Both the position numbers and the translations under genes were made by a program. This document shows, piece after piece, positions 25,901-39,753 of a stretch of DNA of 64,000 bases (the first letter of the stretch is position 1; the number at the start of each line of letters is the position of its first letter). Source of the DNA: Lama guanicoe (Eukaryota); assembly GCA_013239625.1 (NCBI GenBank), contig MU057350.1:2356001-2420000 (forward strand). Reading direction: 5' to 3'. The notes under the pieces were generated by a model. The model saw nothing but the letters and a program-made list of their open reading frames with translations, was not told the DNA's origin and ran no database searches.

Positions 25901-28519
25901 TGTTGGGCCCAGCTTCATTCTTGTAGTCTTTTGTACTGCTGGAGAGCTTACTGCTTCTTTGACTGAGGAACAAGACAAGAGGTTGTTGTGCCAGAAACCA
26001 TTCCTGAGTCAGATCTTATAGAATTAGTTCATAACGTTCACTTTTTAAAAATGCCAGTAAGTGTTAATTTTGGATGACATATATATGAGAGCAAGTTTAA
26101 TCATGATAATAGAATTTTTAGATAGATGTATATTAAGGATTCAACTGTCATTGTATTTCTCTGTGTCATGGTGATGGACATAGAAGAAGCCCTGCAGTCA
26201 CTCAGACCTGAGTAGGTTAAAGGGCAGAGAACTAATGTTGATTGTCGATCATCTACCATATGCCAGGCATTCAGCAAGGTACTCATATATTATCTCATTA
26301 AATCCTTGCCATGGGCGCTCGTGTTAGGTGTTATTCTCACCATGGTACAAGTGAAGACTGGCAGTTAAGATCTGAAGCCCCTACAATAGGCAAGGTCATG
26401 CCAGGATTGAACGTAGTCTACTTACACACTGGGGACGTGTTCATGTTTGAGATGGGAACCAGGATGAGATCCATTCTCCCGATGGGGGGCAGTGAGCTGA
26501 CTCATCTGAGAAATCAACCAACCAAATAAAAGGTACATGTGAAGGTGGCCGGGTACCTTTCAGTGTCTTAGTTAGTAAGTGTTGGCTTCAATAGCCCCAT
26601 CTTTCAGGCAGCTTTATCTATAAGACAAATCCACTCTGACCAAAAGTGAAAGCTTAGTGTTACAATAAACATCTGATTGCAAGGGGGAGAAAGTGGGTCA
26701 CTGTCTAGTAGCTGTTTGGTCTTGTGCAAGTTATTTAATCTCTTTGAGTCTTACTTTCCTCAGCTGGATGAGGATTAAATGAGATATCTATGGAAAGCAC
26801 TCACCACACTACCTGGTAAGTGGAAAGTATTCACTAAAGGTTAACTCTTTTTTTATGATGATGCTGGTGGTAGAGAAGTTAGGTTTATAACCTGTTGAAT
26901 AGTAGGTAGTTCTCAAAGATTGTTAATTAACTTACCACTGACAAACTGGGTGGAGGTCTCCAGTGGAATTCTCTGCTGTCCCTGGTCCACTAGGTTTGAG
27001 GACTGTCATGAGGACTCACGGCTTGAGGAATAGTGGCTGGATGCCATGTTCCTGGGAGGACTGTAGTATGGCAGAGTCAGGATTCAGAAAAGTGCCCTGG
27101 TCAGGATTCAAAGACTGACTCCAATAAATTAATTTGATTTTTCTGCACAAATTTTGGGATGGAGCACCATGGCTTAGCAATAGCTTTAAATTGGTTAACA
27201 AATGTCAGTTTGCTAAAATCAGCTGGACTGACCAATCTGCTAAAAATAATTTTGTCAGATGGCCAGTTTGCCCAATGATTAACTCATCAAATTAAATTTA
27301 TCAATAGACCTCAGACTTTTAGAATCATTTATAAAGTTTACATCAGTTTGCATTGAAGATTTCTGTGAACTTGTCATAGACTGATTTTCGCTCATGTCTT
27401 TCATTTTATGGAAAGTTCAGTTTTTCAAAAGTTGGTGGACATAAGCTTATATCCCATGAATATACTTAATAATTTTCAATGATTTATTCAAATTCATCAA
27501 TTTCAGAATAAGATTGTATTACATATTTGCCATTTATATGTAAATTCCTTAAAGAGATCCAAATTAATCCCATCGATATGAGATGCTGAATTTTTCTTAC
27601 TAACTGCCAGAAATACAAAATTAAGACATATGCCAACTGAGGCATTGTTGAAATGACATTCAAAGCAATCAGAAGAACTCAAAAGTGGCTGGAGCAATTC
27701 CATTATGCTAAGAATGTTAGCTTCACCAAGACAAGAATTTTTGTCTATTTTGTTCACTGCTTTATCTCCAGTGTCCAGAACAGTGTCTGGACAAGCACGG
27801 GCATTCAGTGTCTGTGGAATACAACAATACACTCGGCCAGTCGGTAAATAGCATTTTAGCTCATTGGCTCTCAGCAAATTGATTTTTGGCATTTTAGTCT
27901 GTTTTCCTGGGTACCAGCAAGAGCAAAAAAAAAAATCTTATGGGTTTTTGTTGACTGTTTTTTCAGGGTATGCTGGAGTTTCCAAAGAGGTGAGGGAAAT
28001 TTTACTTCGTGTTAACCAGATAAGTATGTGTAGATCAGGGGAGGGGGCTGTCCCACTGTCTCCAAGCTGGTCACACCAACTTGATTTTGACACTCCATTC
28101 TTGCAACCACACCTGAGAGAGAACAAGCTGCAGCAAACGTGGGCAGGTGACCAGGGTGGCCTTACATAAAGAATGGCTGGGAAACTGGAACTAGTTAGAC
28201 TAGGGGAGATTTAAGGGAATACGCAAGGGCTCTCTTTTAGTATACGAAGGGGCTCCCATGGAAAGTATTCTGACTTTCTTCGCTGTTCCCAAAGGGCAGT
28301 TGGACCAGTGGATAGAAACCATGAGAATGGCAGACCCTGGGTCATCTGATTTCCCACCACATGCCCATTCCTTTACGCCTCACAGGTTCTCCCTTCCCTG
28401 GAGTAAGTGGAGATTGTTCTGTAAGGCTGTTGGGGAGGTGTTACGGAGTTATGAGGAGCTGAGGACCAAACTATCAATGGGATCAGCTGGTCTCCAAGTT
28501 TCCTTTCAGCCCAGAATAT

Positions 28520-28770
28520 TAGAGACCAGGAAGCTGGGCTCTTGAGTAAGACAGACCCATGTTTGGATCCTGGCTCCACCATATACTAGCTGTGTGATCA
28601 TGTGCAAGTTACTGACCTCTCTGAGCCTCCGTTTTCTCATTTCATTCATAAAATGGAGATAACAGCAGTACACATCTCAAAAGGTGGTTCTAAGGATGAT
28701 TTAAATTAATGGATGTAAGTGGTTAGCACAGTGCTCAGCATATAAGCACTCAGCATTCCCTTACCTGTTA
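28520..28770 (+). mobile_element. MIR SINE
   Basis: tcctggctccaccatatactagctgtgtgatcatgtgcaagttactgacctctctgagcctc... Confidence 0.8.
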
Positions 28771-30359
28771 TCATGGATCAGGGAAAAAGAATATAATGTG
28801 TCTTCCTTTCTTTTTTCAAGAGGTGAAAAGCAAGGTTTCAGTCTCAAATTGTTCAAGCAGACACTTCGAAGAGCTCACCAAGTTCTTCTGAGGGCAGGGA
28901 AGTTACTATTATTATTTTTTTTGGTTTGTTTTCAAAATAGCTCCTTCCACAGATGACGCCCAAATATATACACAACACTTCAGTATTTGCCGTGGACTCC
29001 AGACTTCTGCTTTGTCCAGGAGCCTGGGCGGCCTGGAGACAGGAAGAGGCGCCGAGACACAGTGGCCGAGGAGTTGGAGTCCAGGCTGGGGTGAGCAGGG
29101 AAGCGGCCCTGTGAGTCATGGCCTGGAAAACTCCAGCAGGGCCCCTCTGGCTCCCGGGCTCCTCACACTGGAAGACATTTCCTGCTCTTTACACTGGACT
29201 GCACCCCTCCCCCAGAGTTCCTTAAGACAAGGCCTTTAACTGAACTGTTATAACCCAGGGAAAGGAGTGTTTTTAGCGTCTGTCAAGGCTGGGAATCTCC
29301 CCAACCCTGAGAAAACTGTGTGGGAAGTGAGTTGGTTCTCCCACCTCGGTCTACCTTGCCATCTTGGCAAAAGGAAACCGGTAGCGTTGATTTGTTTCCT
29401 TGGGAGTTGGAGGGGCATGGCTAGCTCATGAGTGAAAAAGCCAAGTCTTACTACCAAAACAGTCCTTCCACAGCACCCTGGAGAGGGCCAAGGCTTCACT
29501 TTGACTCTGGATAAGGTGCCCAGTCATCTCCTGGGATTTGCAAGCTCAAGCTCCGTGTTGCATGAAGGTCAACAGAGGAAGCCCTGGTCACCTGCAAAGA
29601 GGAGCTGATGTGGGTCATCTTGGCCCAGACTTGGTCTTTGACAGGTTTATGGAGGACAGAAGGCAGGGAGGAGCCTCCTCCCTTGGCTTTGGCCTCCCAG
29701 CTGGTTCAGGTTGGGACTCTGTTCAGGCCCCTCTTCAGGCCTGCAGACTGATTAGGCCCCAGGCTTTCCTGGGGTCACTTGGCACCAGCACAGGCCCTCT
29801 CCCATCTGGCCCTGATAAAGATCTCCCCCTCAGAGATAAGGAGCTGTTTAAGGGAATCTGAGGAAGCCCAGGGTTTGTTTCCGTAAAGCTGCACAATGTT
29901 AAGTGTAATCCCTACAGGGGTGTGAGTAGCTGTTGAGCATATTAAGTTGTGAGGAAGGGGCGTGTGTGGCTGGTTCGTCAATTACGGTGAGGCCCCCACC
30001 AGGGGGAACCGCGGGCAGGTATCTCTTCCTGCCAGATCATGATAATGGTGACTGATGATGGATCAAGAGGCTGAGCTTTCTGCAGCATCAGCAGCCACTA
30101 GGCTCCAGAGGAGGAAGGACATGGGTTGCAGGGGAGGAGGGTGGGGGGGTCCATTTGTTTCCCTGATATTGGGAGGGTGAAAGAGTCATCTCCGACGGAG
30201 GCTCTGAAGAAGTCCTACCAAATCTCCGTACAGTAGCCAGTCCACTCAGTGTTTCCTGCTAACACAGGGTTGGTACAGTGGCATGAGGTTGCCACCTGGT
30301 CTCGGTGAGGCCAAGCACCCGTCCAGAACAGCCAGGTGGATGCCCGACAAGGCATACAT

Positions 30360-30550
30360 ATATGCCTGTTACATATCTGTTACCCAATGCAGTTCTCATG
30401 ACAACCCTGTGAGCCAGTACTAACATCATCACCAGTTTACAGATGAGGAAACTGCGGTTTAGGCAGGTGAATTTATTTGTACAAAATTGTACAGTTAGTA
30501 AGAAGGAGTGCATCCAGGTTTTAAGCCCAGAAGCTGATTCAAGTGCTTAA
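30360..30550 (-). mobile_element. MIR SINE
   Basis: tttacagatgaggaaactgcggtttagg... Confidence 0.7.
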
Positions 30551-33059
30551 ATTCATAGTCAATATTTTTAGGACTCGTTAGGAACACCTTGTCATTAGGC
30601 TTGTGGAGAAATCTGTCAGTCTTCAGACTCCAATCAGTATTAAGATCAACCCAAAATAAGATGCATTAGAAAAACAGGCTGGGAGAGCCCATTACAATAT
30701 GCTCTTCTCTACCCACTCTCTTTGTCAGCCTCGTTTAGCCTGACCTTTGTAAACTCATTTGGGGCTTTTCTGTCATAGTTAACTTTATGTTGTTTGGGAA
30801 CTTTGTGAGATGGCATCAGAACAAAGCAACCAATGAAAACACTTGTAATTATGTTTCCGAGGGTCTTCAAATTTTATAGAGACACGGTTTTTCAGGCAAA
30901 TAGCCAGCAGTTCGGGTGGGATGGCAAGGAAATCACTGCAAGTTAAAATTCTGGATTTTTAAGCAAAATCTAAGGAAAGTCTTTTTCCTTTGAATTAGCC
31001 AGCTAGCACTCCAATAGTCAGGCTCTGAGGTGTTTCTGTGCTTGGCAGGAGAAAATGCTTAAGGGTGAGCGATTGGCCGGCGACATTTCAGCGAGGTGAA
31101 GTTCTTTCTCTTCTGGTCTCCTCTATGCATCTTCCAATTAGAAATACTTGAACACTGACAAGGTCTGATCTGAGAATCCGACATGTATCCCCTGCTGAGG
31201 CAAATTGTGACATGATGGCTTAGTGATGTAACTGCTCTCTTTAAAAGGATGTTGGCCACATCTTCCACCCTTTGATTTATGATGGCCAATTCCTAGAGAC
31301 CAATTCACCCTATGTCGAAGCTCTAATGATTTCTCTTAAGTGACACCTCTTGTTCATTAAAAGTTAGTCTTAAGCTACTGCTGACCTCCACTGCCTGCTG
31401 GGGTTCTTAGTCCACAGTCTTCCTTAGATCCTGCACTGTATGTAAAGTCCTGAGTCCATCCGAGGGGACAGTATGACTGCCTCGAGCATTTAGCGAGCCA
31501 GATGATGGAGTCTGTGCAGTAGACTTAGGACGGCAAGAACATAAGTGGCTTTGTGGCCAGCCGGAACCAAGTGGCACTGGAGGAGAGAGTCCGGGCGAGG
31601 CTGAGACAAAAACACAGCTTCCTCCATATCTTATCAACTGCCATTTTGTGTGATTTAAGACAGCCCAGTATTAAATTTTTTAAAAAAGTGTGTGGGGTGT
31701 GGAGCGGAGCAGGCACTAAACGCCATGGTACTCATTTCCAGAGCTTTCAGGAGATAACGTCCACCAAGAGCTTTGTGAGGGCACTTAGGGTAGCCTTGCC
31801 CAGAGGCGAAATAATCATCACAAAGTGATCTTTACATTTTCTGATAAAACTCTCCCTCTTGCCACCAGCAGAAGCTGATGAACATCACATTTGAGCTAAG
31901 CACTAAAAGCAGCAGGGAGTGTTGAGATAAACCACCACAATTATGAACTTACTTGCTGTTTAATGGCATGAAAACCATCAGTAGTGTGGTGGGTCTGACC
32001 GGGTTCCCACAGTGACCCTGCCATCTTGCGGGCCCAGCTTATTAAGTTTTACTGGCAGCCCGCAGCTCGCGTTAATTGTACAGACACCCCTGGGAAGGGT
32101 TAGTCCCTGAAAGGTGCAGGGCCGTCCCTCCTCAGACCAGCTTGCTTTCTAGGGCCAGGATGGATAGAGCGATGGGTCAGTTTGAAAGTTGTCATTCTTA
32201 TTTGCGGTTCTCTGAATTCTTTTTTGTTTCACTTTGTATCTCATGAGATACTGATATCCCCCTCCTCCTCCCTCTCCATTGTACCCACCAACTGTGCAGA
32301 CGGGGTGCTTTTGATGGTCTGTATTGAGAACTGATGCTCTGGCAGATTTCACTTCCAAGAGCTTATTGAAGTCTTTTAAGCAGGTCCTATTTATAACAGC
32401 TTCCTTACTAAGAATGATTTTATGAATACACATGCATGAAAAAAACTTTTTGAAGCTTCTTGGCAACTTATAAAAATGGAATATGAAGATCCTAGTGCCC
32501 CAAACTTTCCACAATGTACCAACCAAAAACATAAGATATTCAAATATTGCATTCACTTGATAGTTATACCTAAAGTCAACACTGACTGAAATACAGTGTA
32601 ACTGTTGTATTAAACGTAACTCTTCACAAAATATTCTTTGAAAACATAAAAATTTTGGAATGATTCAGTAGATCCATTCACATGCTTGGTCCTTAATGTG
32701 TTCCAAATGTGCAAAATCCCATGGAACAGGCTTTGGATGGATTTTGTTAGGTCCCCAAGAAACAGACATCAGTAGTGGTGCAATTTAGAGGCAAAGAACT
32801 CAGCCCAGGAGGAACCTATATGGGAAAACCCCAAAGCAAATCCCTGCCTTGAAGATTTAAGGAAAACAATGATGGAGATGTCTGCAAAGATGCATTTACC
32901 TGTCAAAATGCTTTCAGGTGCAGTGAACAGAAAACCCTGACTCAGATGGGTTTGCCCCTGAAGACCTTGGCTTGACCTTGGAATATCCTGGGGCTCAGTA
33001 GTTTTTAAACTCCCTAGTGATTCTGATTCACAGTGAAAGAAACACTGGTTTAAACTGTA

Positions 33060-33420
33060 AGCAAATGTATGACCCCGCACAACAAGAAGTCTAGAAGTGG
33101 AGCGGGCTTCAGCAGCTCTGTGAAGCCACCAGAGACCCAGGTGATTCCCCTCTCTGCTCTTCTACCTTCATCGGCAGCTTCAGTGCCATATAGTAAGCAA
33201 GATGGCAGCAGGTGGTCCAGACTGGACTGTGTGAGAAAGAAGAGAGAAACCACCTCATCCTGGGGCTCCCTCTCAGAGGGAAGCAAATGACCCCCATCCA
33301 TACCCTGGACTTCACCTGATGGCTCATTGGTTGGAGTTGGCCGTTTCTGAATCAATCACTGGCAAGGAGAACGGGATTACCTTTAGATCAATTAGGAAGC
33401 CCCTGGAACCAAGAGTGGGG
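33060..33420. mobile_element. Old MaLR (MLT1-like) LTR fragment
   Basis: caagatggcagcag...ctcattggttggagttggcc...tgaatcaatcactggcaagg motifs typical of old MLT1 LTRs. Confidence 0.5.
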
Positions 33421-33909
33421 TGGTTGAAGCCCCTGGTTTTGCCATTGAAGCCCTGGACCATGTGCCTGAGTAAACTGGGTTTATTATGAAGGAAAATCAA
33501 GTCTGGATGAGGAAGACTGTTCACTGTGAGTGATGAGGTGAACTGGAGTGACTTGTTTGGTTTTATCTTTCTTTTTACTGCCTTTTTTTCAAGTCATAAA
33601 AGTAATATATGTTCCTTGTACAAAATTGTTAAAATTCAGGAAATTAAAATCACTTATAACTTTGTACCTAACATTATTCTTATTTGGTTTTAACCATATG
33701 TATTTTAAATACATATAATAAATAATTTTATACATATTTAGTATATATGTGTATATTTAGAATATATATAGAGACTAAATGTTAATAACACAGAGACATG
33801 TATTTTGTGTATATATGTGTGTATATTTGTATGTATAAGTACAAATAGATATATAAGGATATAATGGGATGTGGATATATATGGTGTTTTTTTGCATAAT
33901 GATATGCAT

Positions 33910-34030
33910 GGGGAGGAGGTAATTAGGTTTGTGTATTTAACTATTTATTTATTAATGGAGGTGCTGGGGATTGAACCCAGGACCTGTGCATGCTAAGCAC
34001 GTACACTACCACTGAGCTATACCCTCTCCC
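33910..34030 (-). mobile_element. Vic-1-type SINE inserted in an old L1M fragment
   Basis: ggaggtaattaggttt...ggaggtgctggggattgaacccaggacctgtgcatgctaagcac...actgagctataccctc. Confidence 0.85.
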
Positions 34031-35129
34031 TTATGCGTGGTGTTTTGTAGATCTGCTTTTTCACTAAAAATGTACTGTGAACATTTCCCCATGTTAGTAA
34101 ATACTCTTCTAAATCTTGATTTTTGGTGGTCACATAGTATTCCATTGTTAAATGTATGATAATAATCAGTCACCTGTTGTTTGACATTTGGTTTTTACCC
34201 ATGTTTGTTACATTATGAATATTAATTTATTAAGCATAGTGGTGTCACTTTTTTCTTTCTTTTAGAGATCTATTCCTAAAGGTGGAGTAGCAGACTTAAG
34301 GTTAAGAGTATTTTTAAAGCCTTTCATTACTGCTGCCAATATCAAGTGATATGAGTGGTGCAGTGCCTCAGGAAAGCAATTTAGAGAATGTATCTGGTCA
34401 GTTGTATCAAAAGCCTTAAAAATATTTATATCCACTAATCCTGTTCCTGGGAATTCATACCAAGGAACTAATCAGAATTAAACAAAAGTAGGAGAAGGCT
34501 ATCTTCACTAAGATGTTGCTGGCAGCATCCTTTATGACAGAAAATGTTTGGAAACAATCTAAATACTTTAAAAACATATTACTGGAAGGGTTGGAGATTA
34601 CCTAACTCTTATTTTTCAGATATGGAAAACAAACTTTCTGAGAGTTAAAGTGACTTCCTTAGGATCACACAGAAAGTTGAGGTGTTCTGACTCTCATTCC
34701 AGATTATAGCAGGAGACTTCTAAAGGTTCAACTTACACCTCTCAAAATGTGAAACTATTTTCAGAATGAATATTCAACTCTTAATGATTTAATCTCTTTT
34801 GGGGGAAATAAAGTTTTCAAAATATGATTTAAATCTTTTTGCACAAGTATGAAATATTCAAAATATACTAATCCTACAAAAGTAAAAGTCTTATGAGACT
34901 TCAAGGCATTGAAGAATTACGTATGCTATCTGAGCTTTATTGTGCAATGCCTACATGATACTATTATTTTTAAAATCAGAAAACATAAAAATAATTTTTG
35001 TGTAAAAGGTATACTTAAAAATAATGCTCTATAAGAAAATCTGTCTGTTTTGAACAAAGAAAAACATTAGTCATTATTTCTAGTTTCCTCTTAAATGACA
35101 CAGGAATGTAGAATGCATTAATTTAAAAC

Positions 35130-36710
35130 TGTTCTAGTTTTCATCTTCCATGTTAACTAGAATTTAAATTCTCTAAGATTAGTATTTTTTAAAAAATGTT
35201 ATTATTATTTAGATTTAATAATATATTTACCAATATTTTGTTTAGTGTTACTTTATGCATTCATTCATTTCTTACTTCTGGTTTCAATTTTTTTCTTGCA
35301 TCCATTCTTTTCTATGAGAATTCATGCACTAAAAACTTCCTCCACCTTTGTTAGTCTAAAGATGTCTTTACCTCACCTTTGATTTTGAATGATTGTCCAG
35401 CCAGTTATACAATTTGTTCTTAACAGTTTTTCATAATGAATGTATTATTCCATTACCTTCCAATACCTTTTGTTGCTGATGTCCACTGTCTAACTGCCGT
35501 GTCTTTGGAGATAACTGGTTTTTCTCCTTTGCAGCTTTAAGATTTCACTTTTTGAATATGATGTTTGTAGTTTTATCACAGTGAGCCTAGGTGTAAATTG
35601 ATTTTTATTTATACTGCTCAGGACCTGGTGTGCTTCTTCATCCTGAGGTCTCATTTATTTCTTCAACTCTAGAAAATTCTCAGCTGTAATCTCTTTGAAT
35701 GTTGCCTCTCTTCTGCTCTCCGTTCTCTCTGGAATTTCTACGAGACGGACTGGAGATTGGGGATTTTTGCTCTACCTTCCAGATCTCCTTGATTTTTCTT
35801 TCATGTCTCTTATCTTTTGGTTCTCTCTGTGGCATTAAGGTAGTTTACATTTCTGTGCTTTCTTCTCCTCATCGGTGACTTGTGGCCCAAACAATCCCCA
35901 CAAACCATGAACAAGTCAAATGGGTTGTGATAGGCAGCCTCAAAGATGATCTCCAGTGATCTCTAAGGAGGAAAGAAAGAAGAAGGAGATGAAGGAGGAA
36001 AAGAAGGAATAGGAAGAGAGAGAAAGAACGAAGTCAACATTCCTAACATTTTCCTTTTAAAGACATCTCTGCAAGTCCAATGTACAACAAAAATGTTCCA
36101 GACAGTGTGTAGCAATGAAGAATACCCATGCCTTCTGTTTGGAGATTTAGCCAGAGAAAAAGAGAAGGCATGCTGTCCATCTATTCCAATATATTAAAAA
36201 TGTTTTTTCTTAATGGTGAATATGTACAAAATAGCTCAAAATTAATGTTTTAAAGCATTAATTGAGCAACAACATGGATGAAACCTATTGATGTACTGTT
36301 GTAAGACAGATGAAGTGACAAAGGGATACTTATGGTTAGTGCTTATGGTCAAAGTCCATTTGTATGAAGTCCCAAGACAGGCAAACCCAAATTATATTGT
36401 TTTGGAGCATGTACATACTTATTAAAACTACAGAAGTCAATCAGGAATTTTTTTTATCACTAAAACTTGGAGAGTGGCTAACTCCGATGAGGAAGCAAGG
36501 GAATGTGATTTGGGAGAGTCATGTGGGGACTTTCAGGAACACTGACTACATTCAATTTCTTGAATTAGGTCATTGTTCTCAGAAGTAGATCTCTTTTGGG
36601 ATTTGGGTCTCAAGATGGATATTAGCTTTGTAATTATTATTTTAACTGTATGTAGAAATCTTATGCACTACTCTGAATTATGATATACCTTACATTAAAA
36701 AGAAAATATA
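35130..36710. mobile_element. Old L1M fragments (antisense ~35130-35850; sense 3' end ~36180-36710)
   Basis: Decayed L1M-type phrases (ttcttcaactctagaaaattctcagc; caacaacatggatgaa). Confidence 0.55.
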
Positions 36711-37420
36711 TAGGAGTTTGATCTAATTTTTATTTTTGATCAATTTCTGTATCTAATGATATGCCATGTGTTTTCTAGAATAGATCTCTGATTTACAATA
36801 CTGAACTTGTATAACATGAGAGTCTAGTTGCAACAGCTTGACATTTTGACGGTGACCTAGAAATCACTTGTCCTAACTCTGACCCATGTATTGGTAGATA
36901 CTCATTTCTAAACAAGGTCCCAGCTAGGTAGGAAGGTTTTCAACATGGAGAAGAGGGACACTGACCAGGAGCGGTGGATCACACTGAAGAGAAATTTTAG
37001 CTACTTCCTGACTCTGCAGGGTGAGCTGCTTCCCCAGGTCAGTGGTTCCTCTGTCGTCGTATGGGCACTATTCTTGTGCTATTGTTTAGGGGTGGTTGTG
37101 ATCAGAGCAGGATCATGTATACACATCCAGTGTTCAAACAGACCTCCAATGGAGAGAGGAACAGCATTCAGGAGTGTCCATTAGGGGTACGGGGAACAAC
37201 GACCCCCTAGGAGTAGTCCTTTCATGAGAGCAGATATTTTGAAAAAAAAAAAGCAAAACAAAAAACCAAGAATAATAATGCTGGGGCAACTATTTCTACT
37301 AGAGGTAGGAAGAGCTTTCTGGTTTGGACAGTCTTGTATTTACTAGAGGGTGAGGAAGGAAGAGCCCAAAGGCCAGGGAGGATGTGCTTCCTTCCTTCTT
37401 TTAATTGTTTAGGCAGTTAC

Positions 37421-37423
<3 letters not shown>

Positions 37424-37459
<36 letters not shown>
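37424..37459. repeat. (CA)n microsatellite, ~18 units
   Basis: Read directly. Confidence 0.9.
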
Positions 37460-37460
<1 letters not shown>

Positions 37461-38812
37461 ATGGTCTACAGTTGGTGTTTGCCAAGAGCAGATTCTCCAT
37501 AAATGTACATGGGGAAAAGTGTCCTAACTACATGATAGTCTCCCACGTTTATTTCTGTGGTATTCTGCACAGAGCACGTGCAACTTAGCCTATGGTAAGT
37601 GTTGTAAATAAGCTTTGGAGGCAGGCAGCATGCATTTGAATGCTTTGGGTCTTACTAGCAGCATATCATTTGGTAAATTGTTCATCTTAGCTAAGCACGG
37701 GTTTTCTCATTTTCATGTTTACCTTTCAGGATTATTGCAAGGATAGGCAACAAGGTAAGGCATTTAACATGGTCCCCAGCTTTATAGTACTCGCTCAATA
37801 AATAGTAGTCACAGTTTTGGTTGTTCTTTTACTGGAAAAACATATTAACCATCTGGACAATGATATAAAATTCTATATTTAATCAAGACCTTGCTGGAAG
37901 TTGTTTCCACTGATGCTGAGTAGACAGGGCAGTTGAAATGTGTGGATCACTTATTTTGAAATTTATTCCAGGATTTCCAACAAGAGAGAACATCATTTAT
38001 TCATTCATTTGTTCAACAAATATTTAACCAGGCTTTACTTTGTGCTGGGAACTGTACTAAAATGCTGGAGATAAAATGGTGAGCAAGAGAAATAGGTTTC
38101 TGCCTTCCTGGAGTTGATAGTACAGAGGACTTTTTCCCCCTTGTATCCTTTTTAGGGCCACATGGAAAACATTCTTTGCGCTAGATAAGAATTATGAGAT
38201 CCTCTGAGATGTCCATTTGGAGATCTTATCCTCCGAAATGGCCTCCCGGTCTGAGCGTCTTTGGAAGCAATGCTTGCTGCATTTGGGCACCCCTTGCTGA
38301 ACCCCAAACAGGCCACTCTAGCCATGAACAGGCCATGGCAAATTCAGGCAAGGAAATCTGCAACTTCAGGAACCTGGACATTTCCGACCTATTCTGGAAG
38401 GATTTGGAAACCACTTAATATAGATATCCTGTAAAATTCCGTTACTACTGGGATCTTTGTTTAATCAGTTTTTATAGAAGCATTTTCTTCTGTCTATAGA
38501 GCAAGAATCATAGCAAAGAAAAAGGAGCAGCTCCCTGACTACTCACTCCCTGCCTGCCTGCCCCTCTTCCGCTTTTCTAAAAAAGAAAAAAATGGCTCCT
38601 TTTCAGAAAAAAATTTTCCCAGTATTTTAATATGAAAAATTTCAAGTTACAACATAGTTGAGAGAATTTACAGTGAGCAACACGACACCCTCCACTTAGA
38701 GTCTACCATTAACATCTAATTTGCTCTATTGCGTATCTATTTTTTATCCCTCTATCCATCCATTAATGCATCTTTTCTTCATTGCATTGCAAAGTATATT
38801 GCAAATATCAGT

Positions 38813-38867
38813 ATGTTTCTCTATAAACACTTCAGTTTACATGTTTCTCTATAAACACTTCAGTTTA
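38813..38867. repeat. 28-bp tandem duplication
   Basis: atgtttctctataaacacttcagtttac repeated twice. Confidence 0.9.
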
Positions 38868-39544
38868 AGTAGAGTTCAGAATTTGTTTGCAGTTTTTTCT
38901 TCTGAAATAAAAAATGTAAACAAAACAAATCTTAATCTATCTATCTACTGATTTTGACAGTTCATGAACTTGTGTAACCCAAACGTCTTTCAGGACACAG
39001 AACAGTACTATGAGGCCTAGGAAGTTGTTTGATGCCCTTCACAGTCAATCTCTCTGCCAACTCCCACCCCCACCAAACTCAACCACAGTTCTGATTTTTT
39101 TCCACCATAGATTAGTTTACCCTGTTCTATAATTTTGTATAAATGGGGTCATATAGTATACACTCTTTGTGTAAGACTTTCCACTCAGCATAATATTTTT
39201 GTTTCAACCCTATTGTTTTGTGTATTAGTGGTTCATTTCTTTATATTACTGAGTAGCATTCCTTTTTATGACTATGCCATAGTTTATCTATTTTCCTATT
39301 TATGAACATCTGGGCTGTTTCCAGTTTTTGGTTTTTGTAAATACAGCCACTATGAACATTCTTGTATGAGTCCTTTGTGAACATCTGTTTTTATTTCTTT
39401 TGGGCAAATACCTAGGAGTGGAATTGCTGGGTCAAAGATAGGTACATGTTTAAGTTTCTAAGATATTGTCCAACTGTTTTCCAAAGTGGATGTACCATTT
39501 TACAATTACTCAATAAATACATAAAAGTTGTAGTTGATTTATAT

Positions 39545-39753
39545 TGGGGATTGGTAAACTTTTGCTGTTAAGGGGCAGAGAGTGAATATTTTAGGCTTTT
39601 TGAACCATATGGTCTCTGTTGCAGCTACGTTACTCGGTAATGCGAAAGCAGTAGTAGACAATTTATAAATAAAGCAATGACTGTGGTTGTGTTATAATAA
39701 AACTTTATTTACAAAAACAGGTGGTAAGCTGGCAGTAGTTTGTCAGTCCACCT
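39545..39753. mobile_element. MER58A-like hAT DNA transposon nested in L1M
   Basis: ggggattggtaaacttt...aatattttaggcttt...ataaaactttatttacaaaaacagg...gtagtttg. Confidence 0.75.

Noticed and set aside
27200-27700. AT-rich segment with recurring cagtttgc motifs, possibly an ancient DNA transposon
   Set aside because: I could not define termini or a family from the sequence alone; a Dfam search is needed
33396-33456. Three copies of gaagccc(c)tgg
   Set aside because: Short and irregularly spaced at the edge of an old LTR; most likely local slippage
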